A stretch of 64,000 nucleotides of DNA from a virus (Duplodnaviria > Caudoviricetes), in the IMG/VR virus record IMGVR_UViG_3300027887_000011, positions 7,557 to 71,556 of that record; one strand, given 5' to 3'. Both the position numbers and the translations under genes were made by a program. The stretch's first letter is position 1; each line of letters begins with the position of its first letter. Under the pieces are notes generated by a model. That model had not been told where the DNA came from, made no database searches, and saw nothing but the letters and a program-made list of their open reading frames with translations. Of this stretch, positions 18,321-27,803 are shown in pieces.

Positions 18321-18356
18321 AATAGAAGGCGGTCAGAAATGGCCGCCTTTTCTATT
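18321..18356 (+). terminator. intrinsic terminator after MCP
   Basis: AATAGAAGGCGGTC-AGAAAT-GGCCGCCTTTTCTATT hairpin. Confidence 0.75.
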
Positions 18357-18364
18357 ACTGGGGC

Positions 18365-18393
18365 TTGACTATAATGCCATATTTTATTATAAT
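18365..18393 (+). promoter_or_regulatory. sigma70-like promoter
   Basis: TTGACT-N17-TATAAT. Confidence 0.75.
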
Positions 18394-18428
18394 AAAGTAC
18401 TTATAGGACTATATCCAAAACTAACGAT

Positions 18429-18935
18429 ATGCCAAGAGAATGCGGGGAATGCTATGTTTGCTGTGAGATAACTGAGGTTGTCGGAGCGGCATTTAAAAAA
18501 CCAGCAAAAGTACAATGCCCCTTTTTAAAAGATTGCCCCACATATAAATGTGGTATTTATGAAACGCGTCCAGAGTGCTGTTCCACCTTTCAGTGTGCAT
18601 GGCTAAAGGATTATGGGGATGAAGATGCTCGCCCTGATAAATGTCATGTGATGTTATCGGTTAATACTATGAATGGGGGAAACTGGATCTTTGCTATGGA
18701 AACGGAAAAAGATGCGGTGATCACTACAGGAAAAGAAATTATAATGGAACTTATTGAGAGCCTTCTTCTTCCTGCAATTGTTGTGAAACACGGATTTAAT
18801 CCAGAAAACAATAAAGGCGATTATGTAATAGTTCATCAGTTACTTCTCTTTAAGTCTAAACAACTAATCGGAAAATTTCTTGGATATCTTGATGACGAGG
18901 AAACATTTGGAATGTATGAATTGAAGGTTAATTAA
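18429..18935 (+). CDS. YkgJ/CxxCxxCC-type Zn/Fe-chelating protein
   Basis: CGECYVCC, CPFL, CGIYETRPECCSTFQCAWL. Confidence 0.7.
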   Translation: MPRECGECYVCCEITEVVGAAFKKPAKVQCPFLKDCPTYKCGIYETRPECCSTFQCAWLKDYGDEDARPDKCHVMLSVNTMNGGNWIFAMETEKDAVITTGKEIIMELIESLLLPAIVVKHGFNPENNKGDYVIVHQLLLFKSKQLIGKFLGYLDDEETFGMYELKVN

Positions 18936-20536
18936 TGGCAATTGCAAACGTACTTTTTACAGGAATCAGAGTAAACGACGCAGAGACGGCGACGAACTGG
19001 ACAGCCGCGGGTGTAACATCAGCCGCTATTGAGCCTGACTTTAAATATCAGGGAACAAACTGTATTTCCGGACAGGTAAAAACTTCTCAGGCAGGATTCT
19101 ATTATAGAAATGCCGCAGCATCGTATAATTTTTCTTCTCCTCAAAATGTATGGATTGCGAAAGTTACAATTACAAATAAAGACTCATTAGATGGTACAGG
19201 ACTTATTTTAGAAATGGGTACCGGAGCTCGAACCAACTATTGGCAATATTATGTATGGTCCGGAGTAACTGCAGCGCCTTATACACAACCCTACCCCATC
19301 AAAGGCGGATTCACAATTGTTCCAATCGATCCGAATATAGCAAATTATCGGAATGTGGTTCAGGGCACCGGCGCTACATTAACAACTATAGATATGTTTG
19401 GCGTACAGGCAGACTGTGCAGCTACTTCAAAAGCGCCAAATCTTGGGATGGATGCTATTGATTTTGTTCCAGTAGGTTCTGGACTAATACTTACTGGTGG
19501 CGATGGTGCTTCTGCCAGAGGAACTTTTTCAAATTTTATATCTTATGATGAGGGAACATTAACTAATAGATATGGTGTTGTATCTACACAAGAAGGAATT
19601 CTTTATGTCACAGGAGCGTTAACTATTGGCTCAAATACAGCAACCGGCTTCGATGATTCAAATAGAGTTCTTGTATTTCCATCAGGAAGATTTGGAATCG
19701 GCTTTGCGGGGGTTAAATTTGGATTACAAAATGCTTCTACTACCATCGCTATGACTAACTGTTTCTTTAATAGTAGAGGCTCTGGAATGAGCTCAACACT
19801 TGATACACGTCCAGATTATACTGTTAGTGGATTGAATGGCCTTGCAAATATTACTGGATGTACTTTTGATACCTTCCGGAGAATTTTGGCAAATACCCAA
19901 ACTACCTTTACTTCGTGTTCTTTCCTAAATGGTTTACAAATAGTCCAAGATAATGCAACATTTACGAGTTGTAATTTCTCACGAAGTACTGCTGGGGCAG
20001 ACGTGGCTTATGTGATATCAAACAATCCACAAAGAATATCCTATGCAAACTTCGTTTATAATTCGGGACACGCGATACAGATAACTGCTCCAGGATCTTA
20101 TGTATTTACAGGAAATAAATTCACGGGATACACAGGTTCTGGTACAGTTGGGGCTGCAATATATAATACTAGTGGTGGAGAAGTTACACTTACCATTGCT
20201 GGCGGAGGGGATACTCCGACATATAAAAATGTTCCTCCCTCATCGATCATAATCAATAACGACAAGTCCCTGACCCTCACTGGTATGAAGGATAATACTG
20301 AGGTAAGGATATATGCAGCCGGTACGCAAACAGAATTGGCTGGGATTGAGAATGCTATCGATGGAACAACAGATAATCGAAGTTTCACTTTTGCCTTACC
20401 TGCCAGCACTTCAACAGATATGCGCATATTTAATATCTATTATTTACCGGTCGTATATCTCAGTTATACGCATCCTACAACAGATTCGACCTTACAAATA
20501 CAACAAGTTTTTGATAGAGTATATAGTCCAGGATAA
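18935..20536 (+). CDS. virion fibre/spike-like protein with a probable beta-helix region
   Basis: Thr/Gly/Asn-rich; repeating TFTSCSF/TFTSCNF/FTGNKFTG strands. Confidence 0.55.
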   Translation: MAIANVLFTGIRVNDAETATNWTAAGVTSAAIEPDFKYQGTNCISGQVKTSQAGFYYRNAAASYNFSSPQNVWIAKVTITNKDSLDGTGLILEMGTGARTNYWQYYVWSGVTAAPYTQPYPIKGGFTIVPIDPNIANYRNVVQGTGATLTTIDMFGVQADCAATSKAPNLGMDAIDFVPVGSGLILTGGDGASARGTFSNFISYDEGTLTNRYGVVSTQEGILYVTGALTIGSNTATGFDDSNRVLVFPSGRFGIGFAGVKFGLQNASTTIAMTNCFFNSRGSGMSSTLDTRPDYTVSGLNGLANITGCTFDTFRRILANTQTTFTSCSFLNGLQIVQDNATFTSCNFSRSTAGADVAYVISNNPQRISYANFVYNSGHAIQITAPGSYVFTGNKFTGYTGSGTVGAAIYNTSGGEVTLTIAGGGDTPTYKNVPPSSIIINNDKSLTLTGMKDNTEVRIYAAGTQTELAGIENAIDGTTDNRSFTFALPASTSTDMRIFNIYYLPVVYLSYTHPTTDSTLQIQQVFDRVYSPG

Positions 20537-20540
20537 AATT

Positions 20541-20744
20541 ATGGAACAATTTTTTACAATAGTAGATTCAACAGATGGAAAATTTAAAGGCCATCAAGTA
20601 TCCCCTGACCAGATTTCGTTGGGTAATAAGTTAATACTTGATGAGGACGATGGCACACATTTTGAATTGCTTATAGATCAAATAAAAATGACTTTTGATG
20701 CCACGATTGTTGGTAATGCTAATTACTTAATAACTATAAGATAA
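20541..20744 (+). CDS. small hypothetical protein
   Basis: MEQFFTIVDSTDG...; start moved to ATG 20541. Confidence 0.5.
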   Translation: MEQFFTIVDSTDGKFKGHQVSPDQISLGNKLILDEDDGTHFELLIDQIKMTFDATIVGNANYLITIR

Positions 20745-20758
20745 AAATGGAGATCTAA

Positions 20759-22150
20759 ATGGCACTAATAACCGATCCTGATTTACTAAATCAAGGTACA
20801 GAAGTAGTCATCAACTGGAGCGGTCTAGCTATACAGCTGAGAGTGGCGGGTAACTTATCGAAAGATGGAGTTACATTGAAATGTTTGTATTCATTTCTTA
20901 AAGAAGAGTGGAAAGCAGATACAATTCTAATTAAATTCCCCTTCGCAATGACGCCTATCACAGACGAACAGTTCGAATTGGTTAACGGTTGGAATTTCGT
21001 TGCTGGAGATTCGATCGATAATACCAGAAAATTAATACGGACTGGAGGCTGGGCCCTTAAAGACACTGGTGGCGTTTCTCAAGAAGAATATGCAGGTATT
21101 ATTACACTGGGTTCCGTTGGAGCCGGTGATAATATCTATTATCAATTAATTAATGTTAGTGGGGCTGCTACAGACTTTGTATATTCTGGTGTTATTAACG
21201 AGGCGGTAAAAGTTTATGGTGACGTGACTCACGGTAATTTTGATTCACGTTCATATGTAAAACTATTCTCTCGTGAATACGCAAAAACATACGCCCAATC
21301 AACATTGACCGATATCGGTGTTACCACAGTTACTTATCAAGAATATAGATTCCCTGTGGCTAATGCTACCGATCCTAAAATTACACATACCGACTTCACC
21401 GTATCCGGAACATCTCCTTATACGGGCATGTCGATTACATGGTACGATGCTGCGCAATTACGCAATATCGGAGCCAGTCCCTATAACTTCCATGTTATCA
21501 TCAATGGTAATAATGGAACAGCTGAACAAATTTACGAGTTCGTTCAGTATAAACTAAGATTATTTGAAGATATCGACTCTGGTTCTCCAAGAATTAAAGT
21601 TGGTAGAACAACTGACCTTCTGCTCAGATTCGTTGGTGATACTCTTTACACATTGTATCAAACACAACTTCCAGCAGGTGGCGTGTTTATTGATAACTAT
21701 CAAAATACCGATGTTAACAGATTAGTGTTTGCGGATGATACTGGAACAAACAGAACCTTCCCGTATGTAGCCGCACTAAGAATCGACTTCGGAGATAACC
21801 TTATCAACGATCTTAATGCAATTTATCGTGTATTCTTTACAAACGATGATCCACCTGGTGATAATCTCGGAAGAGATTTTGGAACTGTTAGCGGTATGAT
21901 TGTTAACGATGCTGCTTCGCTTCCAATGGCATATCTTGTCTCTGGACAATCATTTGTAACACATACCTATGATTATGATTTCAATGATCAGAGAGGTACG
22001 GGTTCTAAACAAACCGACGTACCAATTACGGTCGTGGCTATCGGTCTAAACACAGCTCAATATGTTAAAACAACGGGTACGATTCAAAGATCTACAACTA
22101 ACGCAGTATCTCTAGTTGCAGCTCTAGAGCGTAACTATCAGAACCCATAA
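20759..22150 (+). CDS. putative virion structural protein
   Basis: GGAG SD; beta-rich; N-terminal LYSFLKEEW resembles LYSDWKEWW of 22704. Confidence 0.55.
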   Translation: MALITDPDLLNQGTEVVINWSGLAIQLRVAGNLSKDGVTLKCLYSFLKEEWKADTILIKFPFAMTPITDEQFELVNGWNFVAGDSIDNTRKLIRTGGWALKDTGGVSQEEYAGIITLGSVGAGDNIYYQLINVSGAATDFVYSGVINEAVKVYGDVTHGNFDSRSYVKLFSREYAKTYAQSTLTDIGVTTVTYQEYRFPVANATDPKITHTDFTVSGTSPYTGMSITWYDAAQLRNIGASPYNFHVIINGNNGTAEQIYEFVQYKLRLFEDIDSGSPRIKVGRTTDLLLRFVGDTLYTLYQTQLPAGGVFIDNYQNTDVNRLVFADDTGTNRTFPYVAALRIDFGDNLINDLNAIYRVFFTNDDPPGDNLGRDFGTVSGMIVNDAASLPMAYLVSGQSFVTHTYDYDFNDQRGTGSKQTDVPITVVAIGLNTAQYVKTTGTIQRSTTNAVSLVAALERNYQNP

Positions 22151-22166
22151 CCAAAACTAGGAAATT

Positions 22167-22697
22167 ATGATTATTCACCATTTAACTCCAGAACAGATGG
22201 CGGATCTTACGTCGGTACCTCGGCGTACGATCCGCTATCGTTTGTTTCGAATTCGAGAAGGATTCCTGGAAGACGATCCAAAATTAAAAGAAATTATCGA
22301 AAAGCAATTCTCCCCTGATATGAAATGGAGTGGCTTTACGATTGACTGGGATGTGCACCCATTTGATGCACTAAAAGTTATCACCGAAGATGAATGGAAA
22401 GCGCATAAATTTAGACATAAACACCACCGGGGCGTAAGAGAATTTCTATATGATATCCGTGCCTGGGAAGAAAAAGGTCGATTGGAAGAGCGCCCATTTC
22501 ATGACTTAGCGGATACTATTCTTATAACACTTCAAGCACAATTTGGACTGGAGTATGGCTGGGGAAATTTCTCTATAGCCTGGGATGTTTCATTTGATAA
22601 TCCGCTGAAAATTGTTTCAATCCATGAATTCAAAGAATGGATGCACGAAACAGGATGGGCTCAAGAGCTGCCATCATGTTTCACTAAACAGAGATAA
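22167..22697 (+). CDS. hypothetical protein with an internal duplicated Trp motif
   Basis: KWSGFTIDWDV..DALKVIT.DEW and GWGNFSIAWDV..NPLKIVS.HEF. Confidence 0.55.
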   Translation: MIIHHLTPEQMADLTSVPRRTIRYRLFRIREGFLEDDPKLKEIIEKQFSPDMKWSGFTIDWDVHPFDALKVITEDEWKAHKFRHKHHRGVREFLYDIRAWEEKGRLEERPFHDLADTILITLQAQFGLEYGWGNFSIAWDVSFDNPLKIVSIHEFKEWMHETGWAQELPSCFTKQR

Positions 22698-22703
22698 TAC
22701 AGT

Positions 22704-24005
22704 ATGGCGAAAGTTACATTTGACGGTCCTAACAAACTTATCATCGTCAACAGTGGTGTAACGGAGCTCAGTGTTCAGATCGATTTATATTCGGATTGGA
22801 AAGAGTGGTGGGGACTTGGAGATAATTCCAAATACTTTGCTGCATTCCGTACTATCGGTGGAGACCCGTTATCGCCATCTGTAAGCGTAGGCGATTATTA
22901 CTTCCTTCAGAATCAAGTTACTGATGGTGGCTGGCGTATTCGTCCTTATGAGGGCGATCACGTTTTAACTATCACTGGAAATTTAGTTCCCGAAGATGCA
23001 ACCAAGGCGCTGTTTACCTCAACGTTGGGCGATTGGAATGTTTTAATTACTTTACAGACATCCTCTCTAACTCAAACTGCAGGAGGAACAACCCCGTCTG
23101 AAATTGGTGCGGCTGTCTGGGATCCATTAGCTACTCTCTATAATACCCCAGGTACAATGGGTGCAAAACTCAATTCTGCAGCTAGTGCTGGAGATCCATG
23201 GGGCACGGCTCTTCCTGGAACATATCCAGCTGGAAGTGCAGGTCAGATAGTAGCAAAGATTGGAACTGATAATGTTCTATCCTCAACACAGCAAGCACAG
23301 ATTACAAAGATTGGAACGAATAATGTTCTATCTACACATCAAAACAGTCAACTTGATCTTATTGGAACTAGCGGCTTAATACCACAAGATTTAATAGATC
23401 AAATCAATCTTATTGGTACAGATAATGTCCTTTCTATATTATTACAATCCCAGATCAATAAGATTGGAACTGATGCAGTTTTATCATCGCATCAAAACAG
23501 TCAATTAGATCTTATTGGTACTAGTGGTCTTATTCCAGACGGTCTTGAAAATAAGATTAACTTGATAGGTACCGATGGTGTATTGTCCGCAACCGATCAT
23601 AGTCAAATTGCTAAAATTGGTACCAACGATGTTCTTTCTGCTCACCAAAATTCACAACTAGATTTAATAGGTACTAGCGGTCTAATACCTGATGGGTTGG
23701 AGAATAAGATTAATCTCATTGGAACTGATGCGGTTCTATCCTCAACACAACAAACGAAAATAAGTTCGATTGGAACTGACAACGTTTTATCCGCAACACA
23801 GCAGACAAAAATAAATCAGATAGGAACCGACAGTGTTCTATCACCGGCGCAACAACTGATGATTTTGGAGATTTATAAGATATTTGGTTTAGATCCAACA
23901 AAGCCACTCGTTGTTACACCTAGTTCCAGAACCGCAGGGGCCGAAATTCAACAGGTTATTTCTGGAGATCCAAACACATCCGTTACGGTTACGAGGTTAC
24001 CATGA
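22704..24005 (+). CDS. fibre-like virion protein with 17-aa tandem repeats
   Basis: Globular N-terminus followed by 12 IGT-initiated repeats. Confidence 0.65.
   Translation: MAKVTFDGPNKLIIVNSGVTELSVQIDLYSDWKEWWGLGDNSKYFAAFRTIGGDPLSPSVSVGDYYFLQNQVTDGGWRIRPYEGDHVLTITGNLVPEDATKALFTSTLGDWNVLITLQTSSLTQTAGGTTPSEIGAAVWDPLATLYNTPGTMGAKLNSAASAGDPWGTALPGTYPAGSAGQIVAKIGTDNVLSSTQQAQITKIGTNNVLSTHQNSQLDLIGTSGLIPQDLIDQINLIGTDNVLSILLQSQINKIGTDAVLSSHQNSQLDLIGTSGLIPDGLENKINLIGTDGVLSATDHSQIAKIGTNDVLSAHQNSQLDLIGTSGLIPDGLENKINLIGTDAVLSSTQQTKISSIGTDNVLSATQQTKINQIGTDSVLSPAQQLMILEIYKIFGLDPTKPLVVTPSSRTAGAEIQQVISGDPNTSVTVTRLP
23259..23870 (+). repeat. 12 x 51-bp coding tandem repeat with a 153-bp higher-order period
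   Basis: IGTDNVLS.../IGTSGLIP... units; CAAAAC/TTCACAA blocks (QNSQLDL) recur at 23340, 23493 and 23646. Confidence 0.85.
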
Positions 24006-24397
24006 GCTATACTCTAAATCCTCTGGCTATAGCTGTTGAAGGTATAATGCTAAAACATCCACTGACCATAGCTTCAGATGGATTCATTGCGTTTACAAGT
24101 GGGTATATTACGATCCCGGGACGTCAACCTGGGGAATATCTACTTATCGAAATTCCGTCTGTACCCGTTGAAACCCTTGAAATACGGGTACCGATACGAG
24201 TTATTGAGATTACTCCAGAACTAGTACGAACCTCTGCAGTAATGCCCCAATTTGCAGAAATTACAATACCATCTATTCCCAAAAAAGGTCTTGGAGCTGC
24301 TACGGTAAAGAAAAGTTCTTCTGCCGCACCCTCCGTCCGAAAAGATGTAAATATAAATAATCAAGATTCAAAAGTTGATTATTTGCCAGAAAATTAG
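24002..24397 (+). CDS. hypothetical virion-associated protein
   Basis: ATGA overlap with the fibre gene. Confidence 0.5.
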   Translation: MSYTLNPLAIAVEGIMLKHPLTIASDGFIAFTSGYITIPGRQPGEYLLIEIPSVPVETLEIRVPIRVIEITPELVRTSAVMPQFAEITIPSIPKKGLGAATVKKSSSAAPSVRKDVNINNQDSKVDYLPEN

Positions 24398-24403
24398 TAT
24401 AAT
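24375..24403 (+). promoter_or_regulatory. sigma70-like promoter, possibly leaderless transcript
   Basis: TTGATT-N17-TATAAT, 5 nt before ATG 24409. Confidence 0.6.
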
Positions 24404-24408
24404 AGACC

Positions 24409-24780
24409 ATGCCAACTTATCGATATATTGATGATTTTACTCCAGGAGATACCTACCGCGTTCTACGACAAATAGATGCGGTTGCCAGCGGGATTGTTAC
24501 TGAAGCTTGGTTTACAGTAAAAACCAACGTTACAGATAATGATTCAATGGCTAAGGTAAATCTTCATATAACTACAACACCGGCTGCCTCAGGATATGTC
24601 GTTAACAATCTGGATGGAACAACAGACCTATCATTTATAGTACAACCAACTGATTCTTATTTGATGAGTCCGCTGCTTACATTCTATTACGACATTGTAG
24701 TGAAAACCAGCTCTGCTGAAATATATACAGTAGAAGAGGGCCGGCTATTCACTACCCGTTATATACGTCAAGTACCATAA
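24409..24780 (+). CDS. BppU-like Ig/beta-sandwich structural protein
   Basis: PGDT, AWFTVK, IVQPTDS, YYDIVVK...TVEEG pattern. Confidence 0.5.
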   Translation: MPTYRYIDDFTPGDTYRVLRQIDAVASGIVTEAWFTVKTNVTDNDSMAKVNLHITTTPAASGYVVNNLDGTTDLSFIVQPTDSYLMSPLLTFYYDIVVKTSSAEIYTVEEGRLFTTRYIRQVP

Positions 24781-24789
24781 GGAGTTCAT

Positions 24790-25275
24790 ATGCCATTCTC
24801 TACATATAAAGAAGCCGTAGTTAAGTTAAGACAATTTCTTAATGATGTTCCTCAATTGAATACGTTGGATCAGGAAATGGAAAATACCGACGATGAATTA
24901 GAGGATTATATTAAGGATGCTATTAACGATATTAACTTTGGATATGAACCCAAAACAAACTTTGCGTTGGTGGATATTGTTGTGGAACCTGGAGTAGATG
25001 GTGGTCGAATTTCATGGACAACCGTGAAGCTTGGCGCCATACTTCAATTGCTAATGGCTAAGGGAATAATTTCTGCGCGTAACGCGATTACATATTCAGA
25101 TGCTGGAGGTGTTACGGTAGCCGAGATGGATAAATACGGAAGATATCTACAATACTTCAATCAGCTATCGGCGCGTTATGAAAGACAAGTTCAACAAGTA
25201 AAAACAAGATACAACATCGAGCAGGCGTATGGTGGAGTCAACTCCCCAATGGGCTTCGATTTCTATTACGGATAA
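24790..25275 (+). CDS. putative head-tail adaptor (neck) protein
   Basis: Helical; DDELEDYIKDAINDIN; position after head genes. Confidence 0.5.
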   Translation: MPFSTYKEAVVKLRQFLNDVPQLNTLDQEMENTDDELEDYIKDAINDINFGYEPKTNFALVDIVVEPGVDGGRISWTTVKLGAILQLLMAKGIISARNAITYSDAGGVTVAEMDKYGRYLQYFNQLSARYERQVQQVKTRYNIEQAYGGVNSPMGFDFYYG

Positions 25276-25278
25276 TAC

Positions 25279-26064
25279 ATGTTAGTAATAACAACATTAG
25301 AGACCAAACAACTAACCCCGGGCTATATCTCTTTGGCCTGGGTTATCGAATCTACAACGGAAACTCTCAGTAACTACCGTCTACATATTTGGAAGAGTAC
25401 AGTAAACTCTCCAAATTTAAGTGACTACGAGTTACTGGTATCGGGAATTAATCCGCAGACAACTGCGTATTATAACGATACTAATGTTATGGGGATGACC
25501 AGTAAAAATATAGATTACTTTTATAAAATTCAAATCTCTGGTCTTGTATATCCATACGGATCCACATTTACAAGTGATTATTATATTAATGTTGTACATG
25601 ATAAATACGCTCGAGAAATAGAACGCCGTCGTAATCTAGTTTTTACTAAACATAGTGGTCAGCCATTCTTCTTACTCAAGAGACGGGCGTACGGCACTTT
25701 TTGCCCAACCTGCTATGATTCCACGCTTCAAAGAACTACACAATCAAAATGCTTAACATGCTACGACACGGGCTTCACCGGCGGGTATTTTGGCCCCATC
25801 GATGTTATTGGACAGCTTATGGAACGCCCTGTACGTGAAATACATCAAATGTTCGGCGCCTGGCAAGACCAAGATTCAGCACTTTATTGTGAAGCTCTTC
25901 CTCCGATTAATCCCAAAGATATTCTTGTCGATAGGTTGTCACGTAGATGGATTGCTCTTAATGTAGGTTCCTACTCTAAAGGCACCCATTCGATCGGACA
26001 GATTGTTCAATTACGACAAATTGAAAAAGAAGATATCGCACACGAATTTCCAGTAACGTATTAA
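25279..26064 (+). CDS. putative head-closure/neck protein with Zn finger
   Basis: Fn3-like N-terminus; CPTC...CLTCYDTGFTGGY; PPINPKDILV beta-barrel end. Confidence 0.5.
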   Translation: MLVITTLETKQLTPGYISLAWVIESTTETLSNYRLHIWKSTVNSPNLSDYELLVSGINPQTTAYYNDTNVMGMTSKNIDYFYKIQISGLVYPYGSTFTSDYYINVVHDKYAREIERRRNLVFTKHSGQPFFLLKRRAYGTFCPTCYDSTLQRTTQSKCLTCYDTGFTGGYFGPIDVIGQLMERPVREIHQMFGAWQDQDSALYCEALPPINPKDILVDRLSRRWIALNVGSYSKGTHSIGQIVQLRQIEKEDIAHEFPVTY

Positions 26065-26077
26065 CCAAAACCCAAAT

Positions 26078-26821
26078 ATGAAATCTATTCCTGTTTTAGG
26101 TACACTCGTACTAAATCGAGGCGATTTATTACTACGCCTTTTCGAAAGTATCGATTATCCTGTCGATGAGTTTGTAATTATAAATAATGGCAATAAAGCT
26201 GACGTAAAGGCCGCTATCGATCAGATAACAGCCAAGTACCCAACTAAAGTCACCGTCCATACACCAGGAAAGAATACCGGGGTAGCGGGAGGATGGAATT
26301 GGATATTCACACATTTCGATAAGCCATGGTATTTTATCGCCGGCAATGATGTAATGTTTACTCCAGGGGATTTAGACAAAATGGTCTCAGCAGCCTGGAA
26401 TGAATATGAAACAATTGGCATGTTGTTTGGTAACCAAGGACATAACGCCTATATTATGACAAAAGCTTGTCTGGATAAGGTTGGCTTATTCGATGAGAAT
26501 TTCTATCCAGCGTATTTAGAAGACTGTGACTATTCCCGAAGAATGGGACTTTTAGATATGCATGCTCGGGATGTTCAGGATTGCCACATCATTCATGGAG
26601 AAGCTCCGTTATGGGGTTCGTCGACTATCCATTCGGATCCGCGGTTCAGAACGATGAATGGTATAACACACGGAAATGGATTTAAATATTATCGTAAAAA
26701 ATGGGGCGGAGAGAATGGTAAAGAGGTATATACTGTGCCATACAACGATCCAAGGCTAACACCGCGGGACTGGGTATTTGACCCAGAGTGGAGAAAACTT
26801 AATGACATATGGGGAGCATAA
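26078..26821 (+). CDS. GT2-like glycosyltransferase
   Basis: VIINNG, GVAGGWN, GNDVMF, GLFDENFYPAYLEDCDY. Confidence 0.8.
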   Translation: MKSIPVLGTLVLNRGDLLLRLFESIDYPVDEFVIINNGNKADVKAAIDQITAKYPTKVTVHTPGKNTGVAGGWNWIFTHFDKPWYFIAGNDVMFTPGDLDKMVSAAWNEYETIGMLFGNQGHNAYIMTKACLDKVGLFDENFYPAYLEDCDYSRRMGLLDMHARDVQDCHIIHGEAPLWGSSTIHSDPRFRTMNGITHGNGFKYYRKKWGGENGKEVYTVPYNDPRLTPRDWVFDPEWRKLNDIWGA

Positions 26822-26825
26822 TTAA

Positions 26826-27803
26826 ATGAAAAGAGCACTTGTAACAGGTATAGCAGGAATGGATGGTTCTCATATGGCGGACCTTCTTCTATCAAAAGGA
26901 TATAACGTCTGGGGCCTTGAACGACACAGATCAAATACCAATAGAGTTAATATCAAACACATTGAAAATCAAATACATCTAATACAAGGAGATCTTGCAG
27001 ACCAGGGCTCTTTATATTCAGCAATCGATCAGGCACAGCCTGACGAGATATACAACTTTGCTGCACAATCATTTGTAGGAGATAGTTGGAATCTAGCTGA
27101 ACAAACATCCAACATTACCGGGATGGGCGTATTAAGAATGTTAGAGGCCATTAGACTTATAAAGCCCAGCATTAAATTCCATCAAGCTTCTTCATCTGAA
27201 ATGTTTGGGAAGCACGGGGTACAGGTAGTTAACGAGAATACGGTTTTTCATCCTCGTAGTCCTTACGCAGTTTCTAAGGTTTATGGCCATTATATTACTC
27301 AAAACTTTAGAGAATCGTATGGTATGTTTGCCTGCTCTTCGATTTGTTTCAACCATGAATCTGAACGACGTGGGTATCAATTCGTCACACGTAAAATTAC
27401 AGATGCTGTTGCACGCATTCATTATAAAGTGGAAAATACAATCCATTTGGGTAATCTAGATGCGAAACGCGACTGGGGATATGCTCCAGAATATTGTGAA
27501 GGTATTTGGCGTATGATGCAGCAGGATCAGCCCGATGACTTTATCTTTGCTACAGGAGAAGCCCATTCGGTTGAAGAGTTTGTCATCGAAGCTTTTGCTA
27601 CGGTAGGCATAGAAAATTGGAGAGACTATATCACAATTAACCCGATGTATATGCGTCCCGCAGAAGTGGATTATCTGCTTGGAGACTGGTCGAAGGCTAA
27701 AGAAGTCCTTCACTGGGAACCTAAAGTTCGATACAAGGAATTAGTAAAGCGGATGATGTTCAACGATTTAACGTTAGTAAGGAATGAACTCAATGGAAAA
27801 TAA
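26826..27803 (+). CDS. gmd: GDP-mannose 4,6-dehydratase
   Basis: ALVTGIAGMDGS, YNFAAQSFV, QASSSEMFG, PRSPYAVSK, FNHESERRG..FVTRKI, GNLDAKRDWG. Confidence 0.92.
   Translation: MKRALVTGIAGMDGSHMADLLLSKGYNVWGLERHRSNTNRVNIKHIENQIHLIQGDLADQGSLYSAIDQAQPDEIYNFAAQSFVGDSWNLAEQTSNITGMGVLRMLEAIRLIKPSIKFHQASSSEMFGKHGVQVVNENTVFHPRSPYAVSKVYGHYITQNFRESYGMFACSSICFNHESERRGYQFVTRKITDAVARIHYKVENTIHLGNLDAKRDWGYAPEYCEGIWRMMQQDQPDDFIFATGEAHSVEEFVIEAFATVGIENWRDYITINPMYMRPAEVDYLLGDWSKAKEVLHWEPKVRYKELVKRMMFNDLTLVRNELNGK

Noticed and set aside
23259-23870. CRISPR array or non-coding repeat
   Set aside because: Repeats are in-frame 51-bp units with synonymous variation and no unique spacers. No CRISPR array was seen anywhere in the window.
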